Positions 1 through 9,598 of a DNA stretch of 64,000 bases are shown here, piece after piece (the stretch's first letter is position 1; the number at the start of each line of letters is the position of its first letter). A program made the translations under genes and the position numbers. The notes beneath the pieces were generated by a model that was not told the DNA's origin, did not search any database, and saw only the letters and a list, made by a program, of their open reading frames with translations. Source of the DNA: Nitrospirota bacterium (GTDB lineage Bacteria > Nitrospirota > Nitrospiria > Nitrospirales > Nitrospiraceae); assembly GCA_963701855.1 (NCBI GenBank), contig CAVPBK010000015.1, positions 13,885-77,884 of the forward strand, written 5' to 3'.

Positions 1-45
1 GCACAATAAAGGGCAGCCTTGGCCACTCCCTTAAAGAGAGGTATA
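1..45 (+). repeat. Truncated right arm of the hairpin repeat family
   Basis: GCACAATAAAGGGCAGCCTTGGCCACTCCC nearly matches 933-964 and resembles ~8170-8197. Confidence 0.75.
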
Positions 46-61
46 GGAAAAAGGTGAACAT

Positions 62-781
62 GTGAATCGGTTGAAAGACAAAGTCGCGATTGTGACGGGC
101 AGCAGCAGCGGCATCGGCAAGGCGATCGCGCTGCGCTTTGGAGCCGAAGGTGCGAAAGTCATCGTCACGGCCAGGCGGATGGCCCTCTGTGAACAGACCG
201 TCGCACAGATCGCGAAGGCCGGCGGCGAGGCCTGGGCTGTGCATACCGACGTGGCCGATGAACGACAGGTGGACCGACTGATTGAGGAGACAGTCTCGCG
301 CTATGCGCGGCTGGACATTCTCGTGAACAATGCGGGAATTATTGCAGGCGGGCGGTTAGCCGAGACGACGACGGCATCGTTCGACGAGGTGCTGAACGTG
401 AACCTGCGCGGCACGTTCTTCTGTTGCCGGGCCGGGTTTAAGCAGATGAAGAAGCAAGGGGGGGGAATCATCATCAATATGTCGAGCGTCGCCGGCGTGC
501 AGGCCTGGACAGGCACGGGCACCTACAGCGCATCGAAGCACGGCATCATGGCGTTGACGAAGTCGCTCGCCGATGAAGGCCGTCCGTATCACATTAGAGT
601 GAGCGCCATTTGTCCAGGTGGGGTGGCTGACGATCTGGTGGATGCGTCGAAGGAAGAAATTCTCCGTAGCGAGAAGATCGACCCATTCGACGTGGCTGAA
701 ACGGCGGTTTACCTTGCGACACTCGGCAAGTATTCCGTGGTACATCAGGTCGTCATCGATCGGCTGGGGGCGGATTGGTAG
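62..781 (+). CDS. SDR family NAD(P)-dependent oxidoreductase (FabG-like)
   Basis: TGSSSGIG Rossmann motif, NNAG, YSASK catalytic motif; GTG start. Confidence 0.92.
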   Translation: MNRLKDKVAIVTGSSSGIGKAIALRFGAEGAKVIVTARRMALCEQTVAQIAKAGGEAWAVHTDVADERQVDRLIEETVSRYARLDILVNNAGIIAGGRLAETTTASFDEVLNVNLRGTFFCCRAGFKQMKKQGGGIIINMSSVAGVQAWTGTGTYSASKHGIMALTKSLADEGRPYHIRVSAICPGGVADDLVDASKEEILRSEKIDPFDVAETAVYLATLGKYSVVHQVVIDRLGADW

Positions 782-1010
782 AGGAGGGTAACCTGTTGGT
801 CTCTCGTGCTCGCGCAACGCGCGGTCTAGGAAGACCCTCGTTGAACGCGCGCAGTAAGAGACCAATCAGGCCGCCCTTGATGAGGGAAGTCATGAAGAAG
901 GGTGTGACGGTGAATCTGTGCTCGTTCGATGCGCACAGTAAAGGGCAGCCTTGGCCGCTCCCCTAAAAGAGCGGTATGAAGAATCGGAAGGTCTCAATGC
1001 GCGCATTGAA
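782..1010 (+). repeat. Hairpin repeat family cluster (one full hairpin plus extra right arms)
   Basis: GGGTAACCTGTTGGTCTCTCGTGCTCGCGCAACG pairs with CGTTGAACGCGCGCAGTAAGAGACCAATCAGGCCGCCC; begins right after the SDR stop codon. Confidence 0.8.
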
Positions 1011-1520
1011 GATTGTGATCATCAGAGTACGGGAGAGGGCGGACGATTGGTAGTTGTCGCCCAAGAAGCGTGAGGTGGTCTAGGAGAAACGTGCTACGCT
1101 TCACGAACGACTTGTCTAGTTAGCGTCTTTGTTATCGGCTTTTGTTCCCAACCTCTTGTCCCGTGCCTTCTCCAAACGCCATCTGATTTGCTCATTCACT
1201 ATCCATCATTCCACATTCGTCTGGCCTCTAGATCGCGCGGCATTCCTGGAGATAGCGGGGATCTCTGTCGGGTTCTAAGCATGAACAGATGACTGTCTCA
1301 TCCTTGTCTGAATGCGTATCCATACATAGGTTGACTCATACATCTTATGCAGCACTTCTTGTCCCGCTCTGACTATGCCATCGAGGAATGGTTGGAATTT
1401 CAATGTCTAAGAGAGCCTCGGAGATTAGCGTGACGGGCACATCTTATGCTCATTAGTAATGCCATGATCGGTCCTAAATTAATGGTGCACAGAAATTCAG
1501 CTATCTATAGGGAGGCTAAC

Positions 1521-2922
1521 ATGACTTCTCGCGCGGGTATCATGAAGTTCGGAGGCATCGGATTGTCGGTGGTATTTGCGGTGATCGGAGCGTCCTTTTC
1601 TGACGATGTCTGGTCACAGATGGCACGATTCGCGGCACGCGATCCTGGCGTACGTTCCGGCTCCGTTCCCACGGACCTCAAATTGCCGGGCCTCACCCCG
1701 TCGGAACAACGTGCCTTTGATGTAGGGCTGGGAGCCTTTCAGGAAGTGGCGTCCGTCCAAGGCGTGATCCCAGGCACAGAAGCCGGGCTTGGCCCGCGCT
1801 TCAACCTGGACGGTTGCGCCGGGTGTCATACGCAGCCGGCTGTCGGAGGGAGCAGTCCCGCCATCAATCCCCAGGTCCAGGTAGCCAAGAAAGAAGGTGC
1901 CAGCAATGACCTTCCACCGTTTATCAAGAGCGATGGACCGATTCGTGAAGCCCGATTCAAGTCTAACCCGGACGGTACGCCCGACGGCGGCGTGCATGCG
2001 CTCTTTACGATCTCTGGTCGAAAGGATGCGCCGGGCTGTTTCCTTCAACAGCCGGATTTCCGCACCGCGGTGGCGCGCCAGAATGTGGTGTTTCGCATTC
2101 CGACGCCGGTCTTCGGGGCTGGGTTGATCGAATCCATTGACGACGATGCCATACTCGCCAACATGCAAGCCAACCTTGCTGCCAAGCAGTCGCTTGGTAT
2201 TGGTGGCCGTGCGAATAAATTGACGGGCCGGCCCAATACCAGCGGAAACGACGGCACCGTGACGCGTTTTGGGTGGAAAGCCCAGAACAAGTCGCTCGAA
2301 ATCTTCGCAGGCGAAGCCTACAACGTTGAGCAGGGAGTCACGAACGATCTCTTTCCGCAGGAGCGAGATGAGGCACCGAATTGCCATTTTAATGCGACGC
2401 CGGAAAGTCGGACTAACTTTGAGGCCACGGAGCATCTTGAAGGACTCAGCGATGTGGTGAAATTTGCGATGTTCATGCGCTTCCTGGCGCCTCCGACACC
2501 GGCACCCGACACCGACACCATCGTCCGGGGCCGGAAGGTGTTCGCAGAACGTCGGCTGTGCGATGTGCCATACCCCGACGTTGCACACCGGCAAATCGTC
2601 GGTGGCGGCATTGCAGGGCAAGGATGTCAACCTGTACTCCGATCTGGCGCTCCATAACATGGGGCCGGGCCTGGCCGATGATGTGAGCCAGGGCAACGCT
2701 ACGGGGGATGAATTTCGCACAGCGCCCTTGTGGGGCCTCGGGAAACGAATCTTTTTCCTGCACGACGGGCGCACAAAAGATTTGATCGAAGCAATTCAGG
2801 ACCATGCAAGCAGCGGCAACGGGCGCTATGTGCCCTCGGAAGCGAATCAAGTCGTCGGGCAGTACAATCGGCTCAACGAGATCGACAAGCAGCATCTGCT
2901 GAACTTCCTTCGTGCCTTGTGA
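1521..2922 (+). pseudogene. Di-heme oxidoreductase (DHOR/thiol oxidoreductase family), frameshifted near 2548
   Basis: CAGCH heme motif in ORF 1446..2657; CAMCH, DLALHNMG and FRTAPLWGLG...FLHDGR in ORF 2464..2922; GLGPRFN and RFGWKAQ motifs; removing one base near TTCGCAGAACGTC fuses the frames; SD GGGAGG before 1521. Confidence 0.82.
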
Positions 2923-3002
2923 TCCAGAATAGGTGAACGTGTGGCCGCGTCGTGTCTTCATATGAAGGCACGACGCAGGTGCGAAAGGGGAGGAATAGGG
3001 TG

Positions 3003-4547
3003 ATGCCTCAACCCGGCAAGGTCGTGACTCTCTTCGTGATCCTGTTCGCGCTGGCGTCCCCACAGGGGCTCTCTGCGGAGGGATTACGCGGCGGATTCGA
3101 TGACGCGTTCGGTCCGCGGTTCAGTCCGGATGCCAGACCGGCCCCACCGGATTTGAAGCATCGCTCACGGCATGGATTCGATCGGGCCAACGTCGTCCGC
3201 CGTTGGAACCAGATCGCCATTGATGCCAGTGGTCTCGATCACACGCCGGTCGCCTCGGGAGAGACCCGCCTGTTCGGCGAACAACTTGGGCCGGGTCGCG
3301 CGGCCCGGGCGATGGCCATTGTCCATCTTGCCGTCTTCGAAGTGGTGAATGCCATCGAAGGCGACTTTAAAAGCTACGTCGGCCTGCCTCATGCAAAGCT
3401 GGGCACGTCGATGCAGGTGGGCGTCGCCCAAGCAGCCCACGATACGCTCGCCGCGCTCTTTCCTTCGCAAGCGCCGGCCTTCGACAACGTTCTCGCGGAG
3501 GAGCTGGCCGGAATTCCGGAAGGGCGCCTGAAAACCAACGGAATCGCGTTAGGGAAACGCGCGGCCTCGGCCATCCTCGCCGTGCGCGCCAACGACGGTT
3601 CGCAGCGCCCTGAGCCGCACGTCGGCATCGAGTTTCTCACGAGCAACGACCCGGGCAAGTGGCGGCAGGATCCCATCAGTATGATTCCGCTCGCATTGGG
3701 CGCCTACTGGGGTAAGGTCAAACCATTCGTACTCGAGCGAGGCGATCAATTTCGGGCGCCGGTGCCGCCCAGGATCGACAGTGCCGACTATGCCGTCGCC
3801 TATAACGAGGCGAAGATGTTGGGGGGAGACGGTGTTATCACTCCCACGACCCGCACGGCGGAGCAAACGCAGATCGGAATCTATTGGGCTTACGACGGCA
3901 CGCCGAGTTTGTGCGCGCCGCCGAGGCTCTACAACCAAATCACCATGCAGATCGCGAACAAGATGGGCACGGATACCGATGCCCTGGAACTCGCACGGCT
4001 TCTAGCCCTCGTGAATGTTGCGATGGCTGACGCCGGGATCGCGATATGGGAGTCCAAATACTATTATCAATACTGGCGGCCGATCACCGGCATTCGAGAA
4101 GCCGACGAGCGCACAGGGCCAAGCGGATTGGGTGACGGCAATCCTGCCACGGCCGGAGATTCGACTTTTTCACCCCTCGGTGCGCCGGCCAGCAACCTTA
4201 CCGGGCCGAACTTTACCCCGCCGTTTCCGGCCTATCCCTCCGGTCATGCCGGGTTTGGTGGGGCGCTCTTCCAAACGTTGCGGAATTTCTACCGGACCGA
4301 TCGTATCGCGTTTACCTTTGTCTCGGACGAATTCAACGGCGTGACTCAGGACAATAATGGCATCGTGCGGCCGGTCGTGGAGCGTCGCTTCTCTTCCCTC
4401 TCGCAGGCGGAGGAGGAAAACGGACAGAGTCGCATCTATCTCGGCATCCACTGGGCCTTCGACAAAACCGAGGGCATCGCGCAGGGCCGCAACGTGGCCG
4501 ACTACGTGTTCAAGAATATGTTGCGCCCGCAACACCCAGGACGGTAA
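3003..4547 (+). CDS. Vanadium-dependent haloperoxidase (chloroperoxidase-like), probably exported
   Basis: Vanadate-binding motifs KYYYQYWRP, PPFPAYPSGHA and SRIYLGIHW; YWAYDG; N-terminal hydrophobic signal. Confidence 0.88.
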   Translation: MPQPGKVVTLFVILFALASPQGLSAEGLRGGFDDAFGPRFSPDARPAPPDLKHRSRHGFDRANVVRRWNQIAIDASGLDHTPVASGETRLFGEQLGPGRAARAMAIVHLAVFEVVNAIEGDFKSYVGLPHAKLGTSMQVGVAQAAHDTLAALFPSQAPAFDNVLAEELAGIPEGRLKTNGIALGKRAASAILAVRANDGSQRPEPHVGIEFLTSNDPGKWRQDPISMIPLALGAYWGKVKPFVLERGDQFRAPVPPRIDSADYAVAYNEAKMLGGDGVITPTTRTAEQTQIGIYWAYDGTPSLCAPPRLYNQITMQIANKMGTDTDALELARLLALVNVAMADAGIAIWESKYYYQYWRPITGIREADERTGPSGLGDGNPATAGDSTFSPLGAPASNLTGPNFTPPFPAYPSGHAGFGGALFQTLRNFYRTDRIAFTFVSDEFNGVTQDNNGIVRPVVERRFSSLSQAEEENGQSRIYLGIHWAFDKTEGIAQGRNVADYVFKNMLRPQHPGR

Positions 4548-4641
4548 CGACTCAGGCATCCGTGAAAGGTCTGAATGAATCCGGAAACGAACGACTCTTC
4601 ACGTTCTTTCTTTGTGCAATCAGGGATCAACGATCGCCGGG

Positions 4642-4766
4642 CAGGATGCTCAAAAAATCCGTTCAGCAAGGCCGCAGGGAGATCGGCGACTGAAGCGTAC
4701 CCTTGGGGTACGTTGCAGGGAGACGAGCGACTGAGAACGACGCCGGCGGACTTTTTCAGCATCCTG
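4642..4766. mobile_element. MITE-like element with IS5-like terminal inverted repeats
   Basis: CAGGATGCTCAAAAAATCCG ... CGGACTTTTTCAGCATCCTG followed by CTAG; internal palindrome CGTACCCTTGGGGTACG. Confidence 0.7.
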
Positions 4767-5219
4767 CTAGCGATACTTGGCGAAGCAGATAAGATCCAGA
4801 TGATCGTAGTGGTCGGGGAGAATCGTTTCCGCCTTGTAGCCGAGACTGAAGAACAAATGAATGTTCCTGGCCGTACGCAGCATGGTGCAGGCGTAGAACT
4901 TATGGGCGTCGGTCGTGACCTGTTCGATTTCTCGTATCAACGCCTTTCCCACCCCATGGCCCTGGTGGGTGGGGCTCACGGATAACAGCCGGATGATGCA
5001 GACTCCAGCCACGGTCCAAAAACGCACCGATCCCACCACCACTCCCTCCGCCTCCGCCACAAAGATATGCTTCTCCTTGGCATCTTCCTGGAGACTGTCG
5101 AGCGTTTCCGTCGTCCATCCGCTTACTGTATAGACATTGGTGTATTCGCCGAACGCGGTCTGCTGTACGTGAAGAATAGCGGCGAAATCAGCTTCGGTTG
5201 CGGGTCTGATGTGAATCAT
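4767..5219 (-). CDS. GNAT family N-acetyltransferase
   Basis: IRPATEAD N-terminus, LSVSPTHQGHGVGKALI acetyl-CoA motif. Confidence 0.88.
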   Translation of the reverse strand: MIHIRPATEADFAAILHVQQTAFGEYTNVYTVSGWTTETLDSLQEDAKEKHIFVAEAEGVVVGSVRFWTVAGVCIIRLLSVSPTHQGHGVGKALIREIEQVTTDAHKFYACTMLRTARNIHLFFSLGYKAETILPDHYDHLDLICFAKYR

Positions 5220-5330
5220 GATCGGCGCTCCAGGCTGATGCTCCCATGGGAGGATATCAAAGCCCGTTACGATCTTCTATCTGACGCGATCAGTGCGAGA
5301 GCAATCGGACTACTGGGGAACGGCTCCTGG

Positions 5331-5545
5331 CAGGCTGCTCAAAAAGCCGACGGTTCTCACCCGCCCCGCCCTGGCACGCCAAGACGCGCCGTTCCCCAGG
5401 CAAGGCCGCAACCGATGAAAGTACCGGAAGCGTAGCTTTTCTCACCCGCCCACCCGAAGCTGCCAAGACAGCTTGTTCTCCAAGTGGGCTATGTTGAGGA
5501 GGTTTTCGAGGGGGGAACGCCGCTGGCGGACTTTTTCAGCAGCCG
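5331..5545. mobile_element. MITE-like element, same terminal family as 4642-4766
   Basis: CTGG|CAGGCTGCTCAAAAAG ... CGGACTTTTTCAGCAGCCG|CTAG; internal duplicated TCTCACCCGCCC. Confidence 0.65.
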
Positions 5546-6418
5546 CTAGCCTAGGGCTGCCAGTCCGGCAAACTTGTACTTCATCGCGTTGACTCGTGCG
5601 AGATAGCCCCGAACGTCGTGGTCGCCGCACCGTTGGTGGTGGGTCAGCCGGAAGCCGTGTGTCACATAGGCATGGCCGGCTCCGGCTCCGCAGAGGTGGA
5701 TCACGGCGGCCAGATCCTGCTTCTGCCGGAGCGTGACCGTGCCGATCCGTCGCGGTCCTACGGCACTCGCGACGCGTCGATCCAACAGCGCCGAGGTCAA
5801 TTGGATGGCATGACTCGGCACGACGCGGCTGTAGAGGCTGTTGAACCAACAAGAATTCGTGTCGTGCCAGGGGCCGTCCTCGATCACCCGATGATTGTGG
5901 ACGCAATAACGTGTCGCTTCCTGGAAGGTTCCGTCGGTGATCTGGTACATGCCGACGGCGCTCGACGCCGGTTGGTACCACTCCAAGGGGTTCCTCGTCA
6001 GATGCCACCGCCAGTAGGTCCGCGCCACCGGGTTCCCTCCGCCCTCGACCTGAGCCAGCGCAGCCAGCAACTCGGGTGTCATGACGGATGTTGCATGTTT
6101 GCGGAAGAGCGAGCCGTATTGCTCCCATGTCTCGGCGGGATTTTTATTGAGTGAGCGGTCCAAGGGAAAGAAGACTTCCGTCGGCTTGTTGAATGCATGA
6201 TAGGCCCAGTTGACGCCGAGGCAGAGGAGCAGGATACCCGATAGGATCACGACGGTACGCAGGGTCGGCGGTGAGGCGAGTACGGCCTTTCCAACCGCAC
6301 GGGACGTACGCCAACGTGCCTGTACGAAACGCCGGAGGGTCTTGAGGGTGAGCCTGCGTGTGCGCCGCTTGCGACGGCGAGGAGGGGTGGGGGTGCGGTG
6401 ATTGGGGCGGGAAGGCAT
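5546..6418 (-). CDS. Lytic transglycosylase (SLT-like) domain membrane protein
   Basis: LLAALAQVEGGGNP catalytic Glu motif, SAVGMYQIT; N-terminal TM segment. Confidence 0.75.
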   Translation of the reverse strand: MPSRPNHRTPTPPRRRKRRTRRLTLKTLRRFVQARWRTSRAVGKAVLASPPTLRTVVILSGILLLCLGVNWAYHAFNKPTEVFFPLDRSLNKNPAETWEQYGSLFRKHATSVMTPELLAALAQVEGGGNPVARTYWRWHLTRNPLEWYQPASSAVGMYQITDGTFQEATRYCVHNHRVIEDGPWHDTNSCWFNSLYSRVVPSHAIQLTSALLDRRVASAVGPRRIGTVTLRQKQDLAAVIHLCGAGAGHAYVTHGFRLTHHQRCGDHDVRGYLARVNAMKYKFAGLAALG

Positions 6419-6597
6419 ATGTCACTATAATAACCGAAAAAAAGGAAGGTAGTCCGCTTGGGCACTGGCTACATAGACCATACAAGTATTTCCTCACGTG
6501 ATCCACGCAATCTCCCTTGCGCGTTCTCTTCGCGCCTCTTACAATTGGATTTCCTGAGAGGCTCTCCATGCTGTCAGACCACCCGTATCAATCAAGG

Positions 6598-7935
6598 ATG
6601 AACATGCGCAAAAGAATCGTTCGCAGCTCTAACCTTCTCACCATCACATGGGTTGTGTGCCTGCTCTTCGTGCTCGGCGGATGCTCTATTCTGCCGGGTC
6701 ACTGGCGGCCAGGATGGAATCAGCCGTGGCCCGCCGACAAACCGGTGCCCGACACAGCCGGCTCATGGAAGTTGACCGAACTCGAATCGAATGACGGCCG
6801 CTTTGTCGCCCTGGCCATATCGGGTGGCGGGAGTCGAGCCGCCAACTTCGGAGCCGCCGTCATGTTGGAGCTCCGACAGAGGGGTTTGCTGGAACAAGTG
6901 GATGTGATTTCTGGCGTGTCTGGTGGAACGCTTCCGGCCGTGTACTACGGACTCGGAGACAAGGCCGGTGCATTTACCGAACCGGCGGTTCGCGAGGCCT
7001 TGGGCTACGATTTTCAGAGCAGTTGGATTCGCCGGTGGTTTCTACCGCAGAACATCTTCCGCTATTGGCTGTCCGACTTCACCCGTTCAGATATTATGGT
7101 GCAAGTCTTCAACAACAACCTGTACCACGACGCCACCTTTGCAGACCTCCAGCCGCATCCCAAGATCTTGATCAATTCGACCGTCCATAACGATCACACC
7201 CGGTTCACGTTTACGGATGACCGCTTCGCCACGCTCCATTCTGTGCTCGCCCCCTATCACGTCGCCAATGCCGTGAATGCGTCATCCGCATTTCCCGGCG
7301 CATTCCAGGACGTGACCCTGCAGTGGTATATGGAGCCGACGCAGTTCCTGCATCTCTATGACGGCGGTCCCATCGATAATCTAGGCGTACAGGCGATCAC
7401 CCAATACATGAATCTGAACATTTTAGGCACGTCGCTCGATCGGCTGTTTCCCAAGGGGTGTGTCATTTTTGTCATCGACGCCACGCCATCGAGTGATCAT
7501 GCTGACCTCAACACGCGTGAGTCCGATCGTACATTCGTCGACTATTTCGTCGACACCAATGCGCTCGATGCCACGGATGCCATGTTGATCGAATCCCGCC
7601 GCTCCCTACTCGAGAGAATGGGCATTCCGGTCGAGAAGCAGGATCGGGAGCCGAGGGGCCGGCTCCCGGTGAACGATCTCCGGCAATGCGGCTGCGAAGT
7701 CCGCCATATCTCGCTTCGGCATCTGCTCTATGCCGAAGTATCCGAAGCGAATGAGGAATTGGCCGAACGTGTGACGCGAATTAAGACGAAGTTTTGGCTT
7801 GCCGACGGAGAACAGAACGATCTCTTCCAAGCCGCCAAGGTCATCATGCAGCTGCTCGACGACACACATCTATTATCGGACTCCTCGTTTAAAGTTCCTT
7901 GTGCCGGCGGACCAACACAGAAACCACCAGCCTGA
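6598..7935 (+). CDS. Patatin-like phospholipase, lipoprotein
   Basis: SGGGSRAA oxyanion motif, GVSGG nucleophile motif, DGG; lipobox LGGC. Confidence 0.85.
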   Translation: MNMRKRIVRSSNLLTITWVVCLLFVLGGCSILPGHWRPGWNQPWPADKPVPDTAGSWKLTELESNDGRFVALAISGGGSRAANFGAAVMLELRQRGLLEQVDVISGVSGGTLPAVYYGLGDKAGAFTEPAVREALGYDFQSSWIRRWFLPQNIFRYWLSDFTRSDIMVQVFNNNLYHDATFADLQPHPKILINSTVHNDHTRFTFTDDRFATLHSVLAPYHVANAVNASSAFPGAFQDVTLQWYMEPTQFLHLYDGGPIDNLGVQAITQYMNLNILGTSLDRLFPKGCVIFVIDATPSSDHADLNTRESDRTFVDYFVDTNALDATDAMLIESRRSLLERMGIPVEKQDREPRGRLPVNDLRQCGCEVRHISLRHLLYAEVSEANEELAERVTRIKTKFWLADGEQNDLFQAAKVIMQLLDDTHLLSDSSFKVPCAGGPTQKPPA

Positions 7936-7939
7936 GGGG

Positions 7940-8282
7940 AGGGGATGGAGCCTGATGATCTTCTGTGCTCGCGCAACGCGCACGATCAGAATGTGCTCGT
8001 CCGACGCGCGCAATCGAGGATCAACCAGGCCACCCTTTGAAGAGGGTAACGAGCAAGCTTGGAAGGAGCATCATACGTTGGACGCGCGCAGTAGAAGCTC
8101 AATCAGCCCCCATCCCTAAGAGAGAACGAGCGAGCTTGGAGGGACCATAATATTGATCGTCCGATGCGCGCAGTGAAGGACAGCCTGGCCACTCCCTAGA
8201 GAGAGGTTATACAAAGATTGGTCGGAAAAATGTATTGAACGCGCGCAGTGGAGACCAGCTGGGCCGCTATTTTGAGAGAGAG
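7940..8282 (+). repeat. Hairpin repeat family cluster: one left arm plus four right-arm/tail units at ~80-bp spacing
   Basis: GGGATGGAGCCTGATGATCTTCTGTGCTCGCGCAACG followed by recurring (G/A)A(C/T)GCGCGCA(G/A)T cores and ACGAGC(A/G)AGCTTGGA tails. Confidence 0.85.
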
Positions 8283-8348
8283 ACGGGTATCACAGTTTTT
8301 CTCCCTCGTCCTATGGAAGCCAGCGTACCATCATCTGAAAGGTTCCTC

Positions 8349-9053
8349 ATGTTGCCTCCGTCTGATTGCCAGCGCGCATGGAGTTCCACTGCTGCATGGA
8401 AAGTCATGGCGATCTTCTTGCTCGGAGGACTCCTGATCGTCCTGCACGCGTCTCCTGCGCCGGCGGGGCCCGAATTCGCGCCGTCGTCAATCAAGAAAGG
8501 TGTGCTCTTAGTAGCCAGCCCGTTGCTGGAAGATCCAAATTTCCACCAAACCGTCGTGCTCATCTTAGAGCATGGGCCTCAGGGAACATTCGGGGTCATT
8601 CTGAATCGCTCCACGAAAGTCCTTCTGTCCGAAGCGCTGCCGAAGCTCACGGTGCTCGAGGGGACCAGGCATCGTGTGTTTTCGGGTGGGCCGGTTGAAC
8701 AAGGCCGCCTTCTCCTGCTGTTCCGACTCAAGGAGCCTCCAGGAGATGCACGGTCGGTCTTCGATGGGATCTACGTGGGGGGGACACCGAGCACCCTGGA
8801 GCGCATCATTACACAGGCCAAACCTACCGAAACCTTCAGAGCCTTTGCAGGATCTGCCGGATGGGCTCCCAAGCAGCTGGAAGCTGAGATGCTTGTCGGC
8901 GCGTGGGGGGTCTTGCCACCGGATCCGATCGGTATGTTTGACAAAGATCCGGCCGTACTCTGGCAGGATTGTATCAGCCGGCTGCAGGGGCCGAGGGTGG
9001 TGGGGGTAACCTGGTTAGTCCCCAGTGCTCATGGAACCCCCACGATAAAATGA
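8349..9053 (+). CDS. YqgE/AlgH family protein; C-terminus runs into a repeat arm
   Basis: LLVASPLLEDPNFHQTVVLI, GVILNR, GGPVE, GSAGWAPKQLEAE motifs; start uncertain. Confidence 0.85.
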   Translation: MLPPSDCQRAWSSTAAWKVMAIFLLGGLLIVLHASPAPAGPEFAPSSIKKGVLLVASPLLEDPNFHQTVVLILEHGPQGTFGVILNRSTKVLLSEALPKLTVLEGTRHRVFSGGPVEQGRLLLLFRLKEPPGDARSVFDGIYVGGTPSTLERIITQAKPTETFRAFAGSAGWAPKQLEAEMLVGAWGVLPPDPIGMFDKDPAVLWQDCISRLQGPRVVGVTWLVPSAHGTPTIK

Positions 9054-9402
9054 CTGGGAGGACACCCACGTTAGTCCTGTGCTCCCGGAACAGAGGAGGG
9101 GATGGAGCCTGATGATCTTCTGTGCTCGCGCAACGCGCGGTCGAGGACTCCCCTCGTTGGACGCGCGCAGTGGAAGATCAATCAGGCCCCATCCCTGAGA
9201 GAGGACGAGCGAGCTTGGAGGGATCATCTGTAGCCTCGTTCGACGGCCGCACATAGATCAAGATGGGTGCCCTCCCAGGGAAGGAATTGCAAGCAAGCTT
9301 GGAAGGGTTAATTAGATGAATGGTGGTCGTTCGACGTGCGCAGTTGGGGACCGATCCAGGCCACCCCTTAATAGAAAATGAAACCGAGCAGGCTCGGAAG
9401 AG
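9002..9402 (+). repeat. Triple-nested hairpin repeat (La-Lb-Lc-Rc-tail-Rb-tail-Ra-tail)
   Basis: La 9002-9037 pairs with Ra 9329-9367; Lb 9054-9096 with Rb 9234-9278; Lc 9099-9135 with Rc 9155-9195. Confidence 0.85.
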
Positions 9403-9598
9403 AAGAAAATGGCAGTCTGGTCGTCCTCCTGGGTCCGACCGCTTCCCTTTCGTCCGGACGGTTGAGTATCAGGGGGTTGTTGATTATCTAACTCCCCTTA
9501 AATACCGGAATTGTTTTTGAAGATGTCGACACGATTGCTAGCAATAAGTAGCCTGGCCCCGCTTCACTCCAATCATGGAACTTGAGGCGCCGAATGTT

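Noticed and set aside
7940..8282. CRISPR array
   Set aside because: Units are too degenerate, the inter-core sequences are themselves homologous rather than unique spacers, and there are no cas genes in the window.
9129..9162. Integron attC sites (AAC...GTTGGAC matches GTTRRRY)
   Set aside because: The AAC/GTT pair is at the inner end of the stem and under 30 nt apart, many copies have GTTCGAC, and no integrase is present.
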